Positions 1-8,802 of a stretch of 32,000 bases of DNA are shown one piece after another. Within the stretch, counting starts at the first letter, position 1; every line of letters begins with the position of its first letter. Location: assembly GCF_008000775.2 (NCBI RefSeq), contig NZ_CP042905.2, positions 1,290,001 to 1,322,000 on the forward strand, given 5' to 3'. This stretch comes from Promethearchaeum syntrophicum (GTDB lineage Archaea; Asgardarchaeota; Lokiarchaeia; Sigyniarchaeales; Promethearchaeaceae). The notes beneath the pieces were generated by a model, which saw nothing but the letters and a program-made list of their open reading frames with translations, made no database searches and was not told the DNA's origin. A program made the translations under genes and the position numbers.

Positions 1-795
1 ATCGGAAATGTCAAATTCATATTTCAACCTGCAGAAGAAGGTGGAGCAGGGGCTTATAAAATGATTAATGAAGGAGTACTTGATGACGTAGATGAAATTT
101 TTGGTTTGCATGTATGGAGTCCTCTTGAATCGGGAAAAATTGGCTTATGTCCGGGACCAATAATGGCTTCCTCAGATATGTTCGAAATAACAATCAAAGG
201 AAAAGGTGGTCATGCTGCTTTTCCTCATTTATGCATTGATCCAAGTGCGATAGTTCCTGATATCTATGATGCTTTCCAAAAAATATTAACACGTGAAATC
301 GATCCCCTAGAGCCTACTGTAATTTCAATACCTGTCTTCAAGGGTAGTAATGCACATAATGTAATACCTTCGAAATTTACTCTTCAAGGAACTATTCGTA
401 CTCTAAATCCTACAATTAGAAAATATATCATTAAGAGGATGCATGAAGTCCTAAAAGGATATGCAGAAGCATGGAGATGTAAGGCAAAATTAAAATTTAT
501 TGAGCCTTCTTATCCCACTGTTATTAATGATGAAGAATTAACTGAAAAAATATCTGAATTATTAGATCCTTTAGGACCTATTACAAGCATTCCCCCAAGC
601 ATGGGGGGAGAAGATTTCTCATTTTTTCAACAAAAAGTTAGAGGTGTTTTTCTATTTTTGGGGATTAAAAATATCGAAAAAGGAATATTAAATCCGCATC
701 ATCACCCAAATTTTGATATCGATGAGGATATTCTATGGAAAGGTGCAGCCATCTATTCAATTTTGGGATTTAAAAATTTTAACGTTGATTTCTAG
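1..795 (+). CDS. M20 family amidohydrolase/peptidase (IAA-amino acid/hippurate hydrolase-like), 5'-truncated by window start
   Basis: Frame +1 is open from base 1 (IGNVKFIFQPAEEGGAGAYKMINEG...), upstream of the track's Met. Motifs FQPAEEGGAGA, DEIFGLHVW, GKGGHAAFPH and GGEDFSFF are typical of M20 amidohydrolases. Confidence 0.9.
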   Translation: MGNVKFIFQPAEEGGAGAYKMINEGVLDDVDEIFGLHVWSPLESGKIGLCPGPIMASSDMFEITIKGKGGHAAFPHLCIDPSAIVPDIYDAFQKILTREIDPLEPTVISIPVFKGSNAHNVIPSKFTLQGTIRTLNPTIRKYIIKRMHEVLKGYAEAWRCKAKLKFIEPSYPTVINDEELTEKISELLDPLGPITSIPPSMGGEDFSFFQQKVRGVFLFLGIKNIEKGILNPHHHPNFDIDEDILWKGAAIYSILGFKNFNVDF

Positions 796-849
796 AAAAT
801 ATTCAAAAATATCTAAAATTATCAAGAAAAATATTGAAAAAAAACTAAA

Positions 850-2046
850 TTATAGTAAATTCGGTTTTCGTTTTTGAATCTTCGTAGCGACTATACATAC
901 TGCTGTAGAACTAAGTAATATTAATGGAATTATTGAATATCCGGGAAGTTCGAAAGGATCCTCCTCAAACCCCTTCTTAAATTCAACAAAAAGAGTATGA
1001 TCCGAATCTACATTTTCAAATGTATAATTATGCGGTGTTCCAATAATAGTTCCATCGATATTTACACTATCAACCATAAATCCCTCATCTGGAATGAATT
1101 TGAAAAATCTATCATCACCTTCCAATACTGAAATTTCACCTTCAGGATCAATAATACCATTATTGCTGCTGCTTGTATTAATTGTATAATAAATGAAATC
1201 TCCTCTAAAATCTAAATAGGGGTTCCTACCAAACCATTCTTCATGAGATCCAGTATAATAAACATTTGGTGTAGGATGAATTAAATTTTCCCCTAACATT
1301 TCATCCAAAATAGAATTAATTCTTAAACGTAATGTATCAGAACCCGTTTGTACTGGAATTCCAAATTCATCTTCTTTGAATACATCTTTAATAAATAATA
1401 ATTCAGAATCTTCTTCTTTAATTTCGCTTAATACAGCAAAATTTCCAAGAACAACATCTACTGTTCCGTACTTGAGAGCTTCAATTGCTAAAGTAATAGT
1501 AGAAAACCTCACTTTTTCAGCAACTATACCTTCGTCATCGATATACGATTCACCCGCTGTACCATCTTGAACACCAACAGAAACTAGAGTTGAATTAATA
1601 TCAGCAATCGACTCAATTCCTTTTGGATTATCATCATTAACCATTATTGCTAAAGCACTTCTATAATACCAACGTGAAAAGTCCATTTCACTCTCTCTTT
1701 CTGGTGTTATTGTGATGGCTGAAATCGCGCAATCAAATTCACCATTTTGTAAATCTGCAAAGATATTTGTCCAATATACATCTACCCATTCTATAGAAAC
1801 TCCAATATCATTAGCGATATATTGCATAATATCTGGATCAAAACCTTCAATTTCGTCAGTAACTGAATTTATTTGTTCAAAAGGTGGATATCCTACATCA
1901 ATTCCAACAACAATTTTTCCCGCATCAATCACATCTTGTAAACTAGAATCTTCTATAGGGGTTGCGGATGAGTCAGAAACAAAAAAAAATAAGAAGGGTA
2001 AAAGAAATATAAAGAGGATTAAAATCCCATGAGGTTTATTTTTCAT
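850..2046 (-). CDS. Solute-binding protein family 3 (amino-acid ABC SBP-like) with C-terminal InlB/Flg_new-like beta domain and C-terminal transmembrane anchor
   Basis: N-terminal signal-like hydrophobic segment. SBP_bac_3-like motifs: GKIVVGIDVGYPPFEQI, FDPDIMQYIANDIG, DCAISAITITPERE, FGIPVQTGSDTLR. Then GDDRFFKFIPDEGFMVDSVNIDGTIIG...HTLFVEFKK (repeat-like beta domain), and LPGYSIIPLILLSSTAVCIVATKIQKRK (TM plus basic tail). Confidence 0.85.
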   Translation of the reverse strand: MKNKPHGILILFIFLLPFLFFFVSDSSATPIEDSSLQDVIDAGKIVVGIDVGYPPFEQINSVTDEIEGFDPDIMQYIANDIGVSIEWVDVYWTNIFADLQNGEFDCAISAITITPERESEMDFSRWYYRSALAIMVNDDNPKGIESIADINSTLVSVGVQDGTAGESYIDDEGIVAEKVRFSTITLAIEALKYGTVDVVLGNFAVLSEIKEEDSELLFIKDVFKEDEFGIPVQTGSDTLRLRINSILDEMLGENLIHPTPNVYYTGSHEEWFGRNPYLDFRGDFIYYTINTSSSNNGIIDPEGEISVLEGDDRFFKFIPDEGFMVDSVNIDGTIIGTPHNYTFENVDSDHTLFVEFKKGFEEDPFELPGYSIIPLILLSSTAVCIVATKIQKRKPNLL

Positions 2047-2283
2047 TATTTATCATTCCTTGAAATGTAAAATACAAATATAATGGTGAAACTACAGTTT
2101 TAAAATGTTATTATTACAGATCAAACAAATAAAAATCTTGTTCATTATATTTCTTATGAATAGAAAATGTTATCAAATATTGATATCATTAATTTAACTT
2201 ACAGATAAGGAATGCTATCTTTTCGTTAGTTAGGAATTTTAATGTTTTAGTCAAATTTTGTAAAAAAAATGGGAAGTATACTC

Positions 2284-2601
2284 TCATTTATTATATTCAT
2301 GCTCTCCGCGTGTTACTTTGGCGGGTAAATGTTGATATGGATCTACTTCTTCTTTACATTCAAAACCCACACCCACTCTAGCACCAGTGGCTGAATTTAC
2401 TATTCCCACCTTGCTTATCTCTCGTGCTCTTCTTAATGCGGTTCTTCGCTGAATAAAACTAATATCCTTATCTGAATATTTAAAAAGCCACGCTTTCTCA
2501 TCCTCAAATAATTCTAAATATATGCCTTTTTGTCCAATTTCTGCGACTGGGTGAAAGGTTTGGTTTGAAGCTTCCCATCGTAAAATAAATTCATCACTCA
2601 T
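2284..2601 (-). CDS. Conserved-looking hypothetical protein, 105 aa
   Basis: Intact ORF with non-low-complexity composition, divergent from neighbours; no family recognised. Confidence 0.55.
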   Translation of the reverse strand: MSDEFILRWEASNQTFHPVAEIGQKGIYLELFEDEKAWLFKYSDKDISFIQRRTALRRAREISKVGIVNSATGARVGVGFECKEEVDPYQHLPAKVTRGEHEYNK

Positions 2602-2702
2602 ATTTTTTTCACTTTTTTTTTTATATTGAAATATAATCGCTTAATTTTATTAAAATTATTCCTTATTTTTAGTTTCTCAGAAATGTAGGCGTTTTTAACC
2701 CA

Positions 2703-3602
2703 TTATTTTTGAATTTTTTTTTGTTTTTCAAGCCATTGCGTTTTGATTTCTTCTGGAAGTAAATCAATAAAAGAAGATTGTCTAAATTTTTTTGCTGGTG
2801 CTCCATATATAAATTGAGAATCTTCTCGTTCAATTCTCCAACCTTTTGGAACATAAGATTTTGGTCCTATTGCAGTTCCCTCAGAAATAGTTCCACCTGG
2901 TGCCATAATTGAATTTGTTTGCATAACGCCATCTTTTTCAACAGTAACTTCCTCAATGGTGAGATTTCCAAAAATTGAATCGTTAACATGGCTCGATAAT
3001 GTAGCCCCATCCATTATTATTGCTCCTTGTTGTAAATTTGTGAATTCTAATGATACATAGGCATCACCATAAATCACATCTTTATCAATTTTATTGGCTG
3101 CCATATCCCTTAAAACAAAGTTAACCATCCAAGGAAATATCGATTTTTTAGATATAAAAACCGGCCATTTATACATAAAACCCCTTAGGTGATAATAATG
3201 AACTCCCCGATCTGCTACATTATGTTTTGTGAATTTTCTGGAAAAAACTCCCGTTTTTGCAGGGCTTTGCTTGTTGTAATACCAATGCAATATTTTACAG
3301 AATTTTGTCATAGACCAAATATACATTAGATAGTCAATTATGAAAATTAGGGGTAAGAATATAATTTGCAAGAATATCTGAACTGCTAGAAGTTCATATA
3401 AATAGTAAATGAAAAAATTAATTCCGATTACTACAAATATCGGCATGCAAAACTGATATATGTTAATATAAAAAAAAGGCATTCGAGGTAATTCTACAGA
3501 CTTTTCTGCCCATTCATCAGCGAGTTCATCTGAAGTCTTTTTACGAAAATTAAATCTACGTTTTTTCGATTTAGGTTGCTGATTATTCATGGACATTCTC
3601 AA
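2703..3602 (-). CDS. Membrane protein with left-handed beta-helix (hexapeptide acyltransferase-like) C-terminal region
   Basis: Two or more hydrophobic helices (residues about 45-95), then hexapeptide-like stretch GAIIMDGATLSSHVNDSIFGNLTIEEVTVEKDGVMQTNSIMAPGGTISEGTAIGPKSYVPKG. Confidence 0.65.
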   Translation of the reverse strand: MRMSMNNQQPKSKKRRFNFRKKTSDELADEWAEKSVELPRMPFFYINIYQFCMPIFVVIGINFFIYYLYELLAVQIFLQIIFLPLIFIIDYLMYIWSMTKFCKILHWYYNKQSPAKTGVFSRKFTKHNVADRGVHYYHLRGFMYKWPVFISKKSIFPWMVNFVLRDMAANKIDKDVIYGDAYVSLEFTNLQQGAIIMDGATLSSHVNDSIFGNLTIEEVTVEKDGVMQTNSIMAPGGTISEGTAIGPKSYVPKGWRIEREDSQFIYGAPAKKFRQSSFIDLLPEEIKTQWLEKQKKIQK

Positions 3603-3675
3603 TTTTTAAAATGAACCAAATAAAAAAAAATTATGCTAAAAATAAAAGATAAAGAATTATTACTTGATTTGAATA

Positions 3676-4485
3676 ATGGGTAAAAAGAAAAAATCGCATA
3701 GGCAAAAACGAGGGTATCCAATAGGACTCATAATTGGATTTGAATCTATGCAAATTAATATTTGGAAAGTTTTTAGCGAACGTGTCCTAATCTTCAAAGT
3801 GAGAAAACTCGGTCGCAAATTTGAAAATGCTCAAAAATCACATTTATATCACTTCTTTGAAGATATTATTAACGATTTAAGACCAATAATGAAAGAAGGA
3901 ATCAAAAGCATATTACTGGTTTGCCCTTTGAAAAAAGATTATGCTTCATTATTCCTCAATCATATAAAATCCCATCACAAATGGTTGATTCTTGAAAAAA
4001 ATATCAATTCCGCATCATTTCAAATATTACATGGTTCAGTTAGAGACTTAGAAGAAGTCTCCTCTTTTATTCAAACCGATCAATATCTTGAAGCAATTGG
4101 CTCTGTCACTGAAAAAGAAACTAATCGCATTATAGAAACGTTAGAAAAACGTCTAAATGATCTCGAAAATGGCTTGGTTTTGTATACTTTAAAAGAAATT
4201 GAAGAAATAGTTTATTCAGGAGGGAAGCGAAAAAAAAAATTCAAGCCTCTTTCTTTGATTCCTGAGCATATTTTATTCACCAATTCTTTTATCGACGAAA
4301 ATCCACAGAAAAATCGAATCCATCGTTTAATTCAGATTGCAAAAAATCGACAAATAATTTCCAAGATCATTGATTCTGAAACTCCTGCTGGCATAAGAAT
4401 TAACCAATTAGGAGGAATTGTATGCTTTTTACTGGTAAAATCAGATTATGAGAAGAAAATAGGTCAAAAAATTATTGATCGATAA
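3676..4485 (+). CDS. eRF1/Pelota-like protein lacking the N-terminal domain (central plus C-terminal domain-like)
   Basis: Pelota/eRF1 domain-3-like signature: PEHILFTNSFID...RIHRLIQIAKNRQIISKIIDSETPAGIRINQLGGIVCFLL. Central-domain-like start GLIIGFESMQINIWKVF. No GGQ motif. Confidence 0.6.
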   Translation: MGKKKKSHRQKRGYPIGLIIGFESMQINIWKVFSERVLIFKVRKLGRKFENAQKSHLYHFFEDIINDLRPIMKEGIKSILLVCPLKKDYASLFLNHIKSHHKWLILEKNINSASFQILHGSVRDLEEVSSFIQTDQYLEAIGSVTEKETNRIIETLEKRLNDLENGLVLYTLKEIEEIVYSGGKRKKKFKPLSLIPEHILFTNSFIDENPQKNRIHRLIQIAKNRQIISKIIDSETPAGIRINQLGGIVCFLLVKSDYEKKIGQKIIDR

Positions 4486-4529
4486 TTTGGAAAGGTAACA
4501 CAAAAAATATATAAAAAAAAAAAAAATTA

Positions 4530-5345
4530 TTAAAGCCCGTCCATTTTCCCGCCGTTAATTGGGATGAGAGAACCATTAATAAAATATGCCCCTTCACTAC
4601 ATAGAAAACACACAGGATCACTTACATAGGATGTTTGACCAATTCCAAAAGGTATACGACCATCATAATATTTCTTAAATTTACCTTCATCTTTTTCAAG
4701 AAGTTCTCCTAAGATAGGGGTATCTATTAATGTTGGCTTCACTGCATGCGATCGGATATTATATCTCGCCAATTCTTTTGCCATTGTCAACGTCATGCCA
4801 ACTACACCCGCTTTTGATGCTGAATATGCTACTTGTCCTGCATTTCCCTCAGCAGCTAATGATGCAATATTTACAATTACCCGCGGTTTATTCTCAAGAA
4901 CTGGAAGATATTTTTCTCCTTTTTCTTTAGCTTTCGCTCTCGATTCATTAACCCACTTTGTAACAAATGCTTGACTTACTATTGCAACTCCTTTCAAATT
5001 CACATCAATTGTAAAATCCCAAAATTTCTCATTAAATCTGGAAACTAGAAAATCTCGTAAAACCCCTGCGCAATTAATCAAAAAGTCAAAATCTCCAATT
5101 TCTGTCATTGCTTGGGCAACTAATTTCTCAACACCTTCTTTATCGGAAACTGATCCTTTAAGAAAAATCGCTTTTCCATTTCCAGCTTTCTTTAATTCTT
5201 CGACGGTTTTATTTCCTAATTCTTCATTCATATCTAATATCGCTACTGAAGCTCCGTTAGATGCCATATCCATAGCAATTTGACGCCCAATTCCAGATGC
5301 TCCACCAGTAATAAAAGCATTCTTACCTTCAAAATTCCATTTCAT
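4530..5345 (-). CDS. Short-chain dehydrogenase/reductase (FabG / 17-beta-HSD type)
   Basis: TGGASGIG cofactor motif, NCAG, catalytic YSASK, and C-terminal PVCFLCSEGAYFINGSLIPINGG. Confidence 0.92.
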   Translation of the reverse strand: MKWNFEGKNAFITGGASGIGRQIAMDMASNGASVAILDMNEELGNKTVEELKKAGNGKAIFLKGSVSDKEGVEKLVAQAMTEIGDFDFLINCAGVLRDFLVSRFNEKFWDFTIDVNLKGVAIVSQAFVTKWVNESRAKAKEKGEKYLPVLENKPRVIVNIASLAAEGNAGQVAYSASKAGVVGMTLTMAKELARYNIRSHAVKPTLIDTPILGELLEKDEGKFKKYYDGRIPFGIGQTSYVSDPVCFLCSEGAYFINGSLIPINGGKMDGL

Positions 5346-5423
5346 TTTTTTTCACTCGCTAAAAATTCAATATAAAATTGTTATTTCTTTGTTTAGTTAT
5401 TTTTCAAAAATTATAAACTTGAT

Positions 5424-6209
5424 TTACTTCGAGTATTTGGATGTTAGAAAATTATACAATCCTTCGGGATCATTTGTAATGATTGAATCCACACCATTTT
5501 TTATCAACCTTTCCCAATCTTTTGGCTTATCAACTGTCCAAGGATTAACCAAAAGACCTAAAACATGAGCCTTAGTACATAATTTCTTACTTGTCATTAT
5601 TGAGATTGGATTGATTGAATCTGCTTTTACGCTTAAGGCATGATTTATAAAACCCATTTTATTTAAGAATGCAAGAAAGAAAGCAAAAAAATTGCCGCCC
5701 GTAGGTTCTAAAGTCGCACAATTAATTTCAGGTTTCAATTTCTTTGCTTGAGCAACTTCACTATGTATGAAAGACGAGATAATTATGTCATCAATCATTC
5801 CATTTTTTTCAACCATATTAACCACAGATTCAGCGAGCCCCTCGGCTTTTATTTCTATGTTAATTCCAATTTTTCCTTTACAAAGATCAATAACTTCTTG
5901 TAAAGTCGGAATTTTTTCTCCTTCTCCAATATCGAGCGATTTTAAAATATTTAAATGCGTCCCTTTTACAACCAAATCTTGATTTGCTACATTCCCAGTT
6001 GTGTAGTTATGAATAACAACAAATTCTTTATCTGCTGAAAAATGGACATCCAATTCAATATAATCTGCTTTTGCTTCAATCGCCTTTCTAAATGCAAGCA
6101 TAGTGTTTTCGGGATATTTTTTGTTAAAACCTCGATGTGCTATAATCGCAATAGGGAAATTTTCCTTTTTCTTTAATTTTTTATTAACCATAGTTCTCAA
6201 ATTTCTCAA
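5424..6209 (-). CDS. Glycerophosphodiester phosphodiesterase (GDPD)
   Basis: IAHRGFNKKYPENTMLAFRKAIEAKADYIELDVHFSADKEFVVIHN and GKIGINIEIK, SFIHSEVAQAKKL, GVDSIITNDPE. Confidence 0.9.
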   Translation of the reverse strand: MRNLRTMVNKKLKKKENFPIAIIAHRGFNKKYPENTMLAFRKAIEAKADYIELDVHFSADKEFVVIHNYTTGNVANQDLVVKGTHLNILKSLDIGEGEKIPTLQEVIDLCKGKIGINIEIKAEGLAESVVNMVEKNGMIDDIIISSFIHSEVAQAKKLKPEINCATLEPTGGNFFAFFLAFLNKMGFINHALSVKADSINPISIMTSKKLCTKAHVLGLLVNPWTVDKPKDWERLIKNGVDSIITNDPEGLYNFLTSKYSK

Positions 6210-6320
6210 CCATGTAAAAAGTTTTTTTTATTTTATCACCTATAAAAAATTTTAAAACTATGGATTTTACAATTAGAGCTATAGTTTTTCGCACTTTTCG
6301 ACAAAATTCTAAGAAACAAC

Positions 6321-6330
6321 ATTTAAATAC
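6321..6330 (+). promoter_or_regulatory. Archaeal TATA-like element (ATTTAAATAC) upstream of the zinc-ribbon gene
   Basis: Matches TTTAAATA-type box A, about 50 nt upstream of the zinc-ribbon coding start. Confidence 0.4.
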
Positions 6331-6380
6331 TACAATTAGTTTAGATAGTTTAATAAAAAAATAATTCTCGGTGGTTCAAA

Positions 6381-6662
6381 ATAGAATTTTGTGAAGATTG
6401 CGGAAATATTTTATTGCCTAAGAAACGAAGCGACGAACTATTTTGTAAAATTTGTCAAAAATCTTTTCCTTTGAAGGAAAAAAAAGACAAAGAAAAGATC
6501 AAGCATTACAAAAGTGCTTCTGATGTAGTTAAAAAGACGAAGGCTAAAAAGAAATTAGCCTTAAAATCATCAACTATTATAGAAGAAATTCGCAAAGCAC
6601 CTTCAATTTCTCAAGATGAACGAGAAGCTTTCGGCGAATTATTTGAAATGAGTGGAGAATAA
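6381..6662 (+). CDS. Small protein with TFIIS/RPB9-type (TFS-like) N-terminal zinc ribbon; the track start at 6414 (TTG) truncates it
   Basis: Reading frame is open upstream of 6414 to 6357 and gives ...KIEFCEDCGNILLPKKRSDELFCKICQKSFPL, i.e. two CxxC knuckles with the (F)CxxCGNxLxPKK pattern. No in-frame ATG/GTG/TTG before FCEDC, so the 6381 start (ATA) is tentative. Confidence 0.6.
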   Translation: MEFCEDCGNILLPKKRSDELFCKICQKSFPLKEKKDKEKIKHYKSASDVVKKTKAKKKLALKSSTIIEEIRKAPSISQDEREAFGELFEMSGE

Positions 6663-6750
6663 CTTTTTTTACTATAAAATAAATTGATTTTGGAGATTTG
6701 AGTTTTTTAAAAGTTTATCAAATTTATTTAGGATCCCTTATCAAACTAAA

Positions 6751-6927
6751 AGATCTTTAGAGACAAATGTTTTTTGAGCAATTTCCTAAGGTTATAGTTG
6801 GAAATATCAGAAAATGAATCCAAAGTCTCCTAATTTAAAATTTACATTTTTAGTCTCAATTTTGTCCAAATGGGATCAACATAATAAACATAATCATCAA
6901 ATCCTCTTTCAAATAATACTCAAATAA
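6751..6927 (+). pseudogene. Degenerate remnant of a protein-coding gene, homologous to the remnant at 8004-8198 on the minus strand
   Basis: IFRDK... / FFEQFPKVIVGNIRK (frame from 6770), then after a frameshift MNPKSPNLKFTFLVSILSKWDQHNKHNHQILFQIILK* (6814-6927). Aligns to the minus-strand relic in order and to the same C-terminal stop position. Confidence 0.65.
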
Positions 6928-7029
6928 GATTTTTTTGTTATGCTCAAGAAAAACTTTGGAGAACTGTCACTTTGACAGAAATGTGAATAATTACTGATCT
7001 ATTTATTAATTGAAAAAAAATTAATTTGT

Positions 7030-7707
7030 TTAGAGAAAGAAATCACTATCATCATCTAAATCATCTTGATCATCAAAAGATTGAATATTAATGAATAAAT
7101 CATAATCAAAAATGTTTTGAATTAGTGAGCGGAGCGAATTTTTCACCATTTTTATATCTTTCATTCCAAGACCAATGATTTTAGAATTTGAGAAAATTAA
7201 AAATGTTCCTCCGGTTGGCGGTTTTACAATTGCAGCAGGAAATTGTTCAGGTTCATAAAGACAATTGGTTAAAGTTAAACAGGCCATTTCTAAATTTATT
7301 AAACGCTTCAATTGACTCATAACAACAAGATTTTGAATTTTAATTTGAAATTCAGTAAAATTAATTTCTGCTTTTGCTAAGCGATCTATAATTTTTTCTT
7401 TGATGCTTGGAATTTTTTTCTGTTCTTTAATGCCAGTTATAATGAGTTTCCCATTTCGGAACAAAATCACAGATATATTATCAATCTTAAACATTACACA
7501 AGGGAATCGATTTAAACGTTTTACCTCAATCCTTTTTTCTACTTCGTTAAAATCTATTCTTTTTTCCCCCTCTAATTCCAAAATACCTAATGCCACAATA
7601 TTAATGATTTTGTAAGGAAAGTTGCTATTTGCCTCATTCTCTTCAAATTCTTCAATTTCACCTGCGTAAACAGAAATTGTTTGGTCCGGGATTTCAAGAA
7701 GTGCCAT
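7030..7707 (-). CDS. Divergent TATA-box-binding protein (TBP) paralog
   Basis: Two TBP-like repeats: NIVALGILE...NRFPCVMFKIDNISVILFRNGKLIITGIKE and NLVVMSQLKRLINLE...LYEPEQFPAAIVKPPTGGTFLIFSNSKIIGLG. Acidic C-terminal tail. Confidence 0.8.
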   Translation of the reverse strand: MALLEIPDQTISVYAGEIEEFEENEANSNFPYKIINIVALGILELEGEKRIDFNEVEKRIEVKRLNRFPCVMFKIDNISVILFRNGKLIITGIKEQKKIPSIKEKIIDRLAKAEINFTEFQIKIQNLVVMSQLKRLINLEMACLTLTNCLYEPEQFPAAIVKPPTGGTFLIFSNSKIIGLGMKDIKMVKNSLRSLIQNIFDYDLFINIQSFDDQDDLDDDSDFFL

Positions 7708-8003
7708 TTTGTTTATTCTCCTTCTTCTTTTTTAATTTTTTATTTTTAATTGAACAAAGAACAGGTTCAATTTTTAATTTTCAAATTCAATGATTAAAAA
7801 AGAGAATTTGTTTTGTATATTAAAAAATACTTATTTCACAATATATATGTTTCGGACAACTTACAAGATTTCCAATATATTCTTAGAATCTTTTTGTTAA
7901 TATTCTAAATAAGAACTGATGAGAAATAGGTTTATAGAATTGATGGATATTCTTCGGTAAATATAAAAAAATCAATTTTCTTATATAAAACAAAAAATAT
8001 GAC

Positions 8004-8198
8004 CTATCCGAGTAGTGTCTGAAAGAGATTTTGATGATCAGGTTCTGTAATTTGTTTCTGTTCCGACATAATTGAGACATTAAACAGAAATTTTAAAATT
8101 TGAGCCTTTGGTTTCTTAAGTTGCATATTTCCGGTGACAACAGAAGGAAATTGCTCAAAAAATTGTTTATCTCTAAACCTTCTATAAAATAAGGAAAA
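8004..8198 (-). pseudogene. Gene remnant homologous to the relic at 6751-6927 (opposite orientation)
   Basis: Minus strand frame reads FSLFYRRFRDKQFFEQFPSVVTGNMQLKKPKAQILKFLFNVSIMSEQKQITEPDHQNLFQTLLG* with no plausible start codon. Nucleotide match TTTAGAGAyAAA..TTTTTTGAGCAATTTCC to the other copy. Confidence 0.65.
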
Positions 8199-8238
8199 TT
8201 ATTATCAATAAGTTGAAATAATTTATAACTGAACTAAT

Positions 8239-8661
8239 ATGGAAAAAATAAAAAAAATAGAAATTAAGCAAAAATTGAACGAACACAAACTGTGGCTTAA
8301 TGGAGAGGCTTCCTCCGGAAAACAAGCTGATTTTTCTGGACTGATGATTAAAATTGCTAATTTTCGAGAAGCTCAATTATCTAAGGCTAATTTCTCAGAT
8401 TCAATCCTAAAAATTGTTGAATTTGTAAAGGCTGATATGCAAAACGCGAATTTTCAAAATACTGAACTTATAAAAGTGGATTTTCATGATGCTAATATGA
8501 ATGGTGTAAATTTCAAAGGAACCAAGTTTCGGAAAGTACATATTAATGAAGAAGATTTCAATAAAATGCAGGATGAATTAACAGAAGATCAAAAACGGGG
8601 CATTATCACCTCATATAAGAAATTTATGCGAAAAATGATTTTTAAAAAAAAAATTCAATAA
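8239..8661 (+). CDS. Pentapeptide-repeat protein, 140 aa
   Basis: Consecutive A(N/D)(F/L)xx-type repeats: IANFREAQLSKANFSDSILKIVEFVKADMQNANFQNTELIKVDFHDANMNGVNFKGTKF. Confidence 0.82.
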   Translation: MEKIKKIEIKQKLNEHKLWLNGEASSGKQADFSGLMIKIANFREAQLSKANFSDSILKIVEFVKADMQNANFQNTELIKVDFHDANMNGVNFKGTKFRKVHINEEDFNKMQDELTEDQKRGIITSYKKFMRKMIFKKKIQ

Positions 8662-8802
8662 TTACATCCAGTGGATATAAACTGTATTTGTGAATTTTTC
8701 CTATTAAATCTGAATTTAGATTTTCTATTTTTTTTTCAATTTCTTTTCTTGTCCAAATTAAATAGAATAATTAAAATTTTGATGAATATTAATTTTATAA
8801 TA

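Noticed and set aside
1376-2032. Plus-strand ORFs of 64 and 106 aa inside the SBP gene
   Set aside because: Antisense shadows of a well-supported SBP coding region.
2669-2854. 61 aa minus-strand ORF
   Set aside because: Overlaps the 3' end of the membrane/hexapeptide gene in another frame; Lys/Asn-rich with no coherent fold.
8020-8060. Possible C/D-box-like RNA (TTGATGAT near CTGA)
   Set aside because: CTGA precedes rather than follows the C-box-like string, there is no paired D box or terminal stem, and the region is explained by the minus-strand gene relic.
7883-8080. 65 aa minus-strand ORF in the track
   Set aside because: Lies in an alternate frame over the gene relic 8004-8198. The relic frame (RFRDKQFFEQFP...) is the one supported by homology to 6751-6927.
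8182-8376. 64 aa minus-strand ORF
   Set aside because: Antisense to the pentapeptide-repeat gene start; Phe/Ile/Leu-rich translation of AT-rich DNA.
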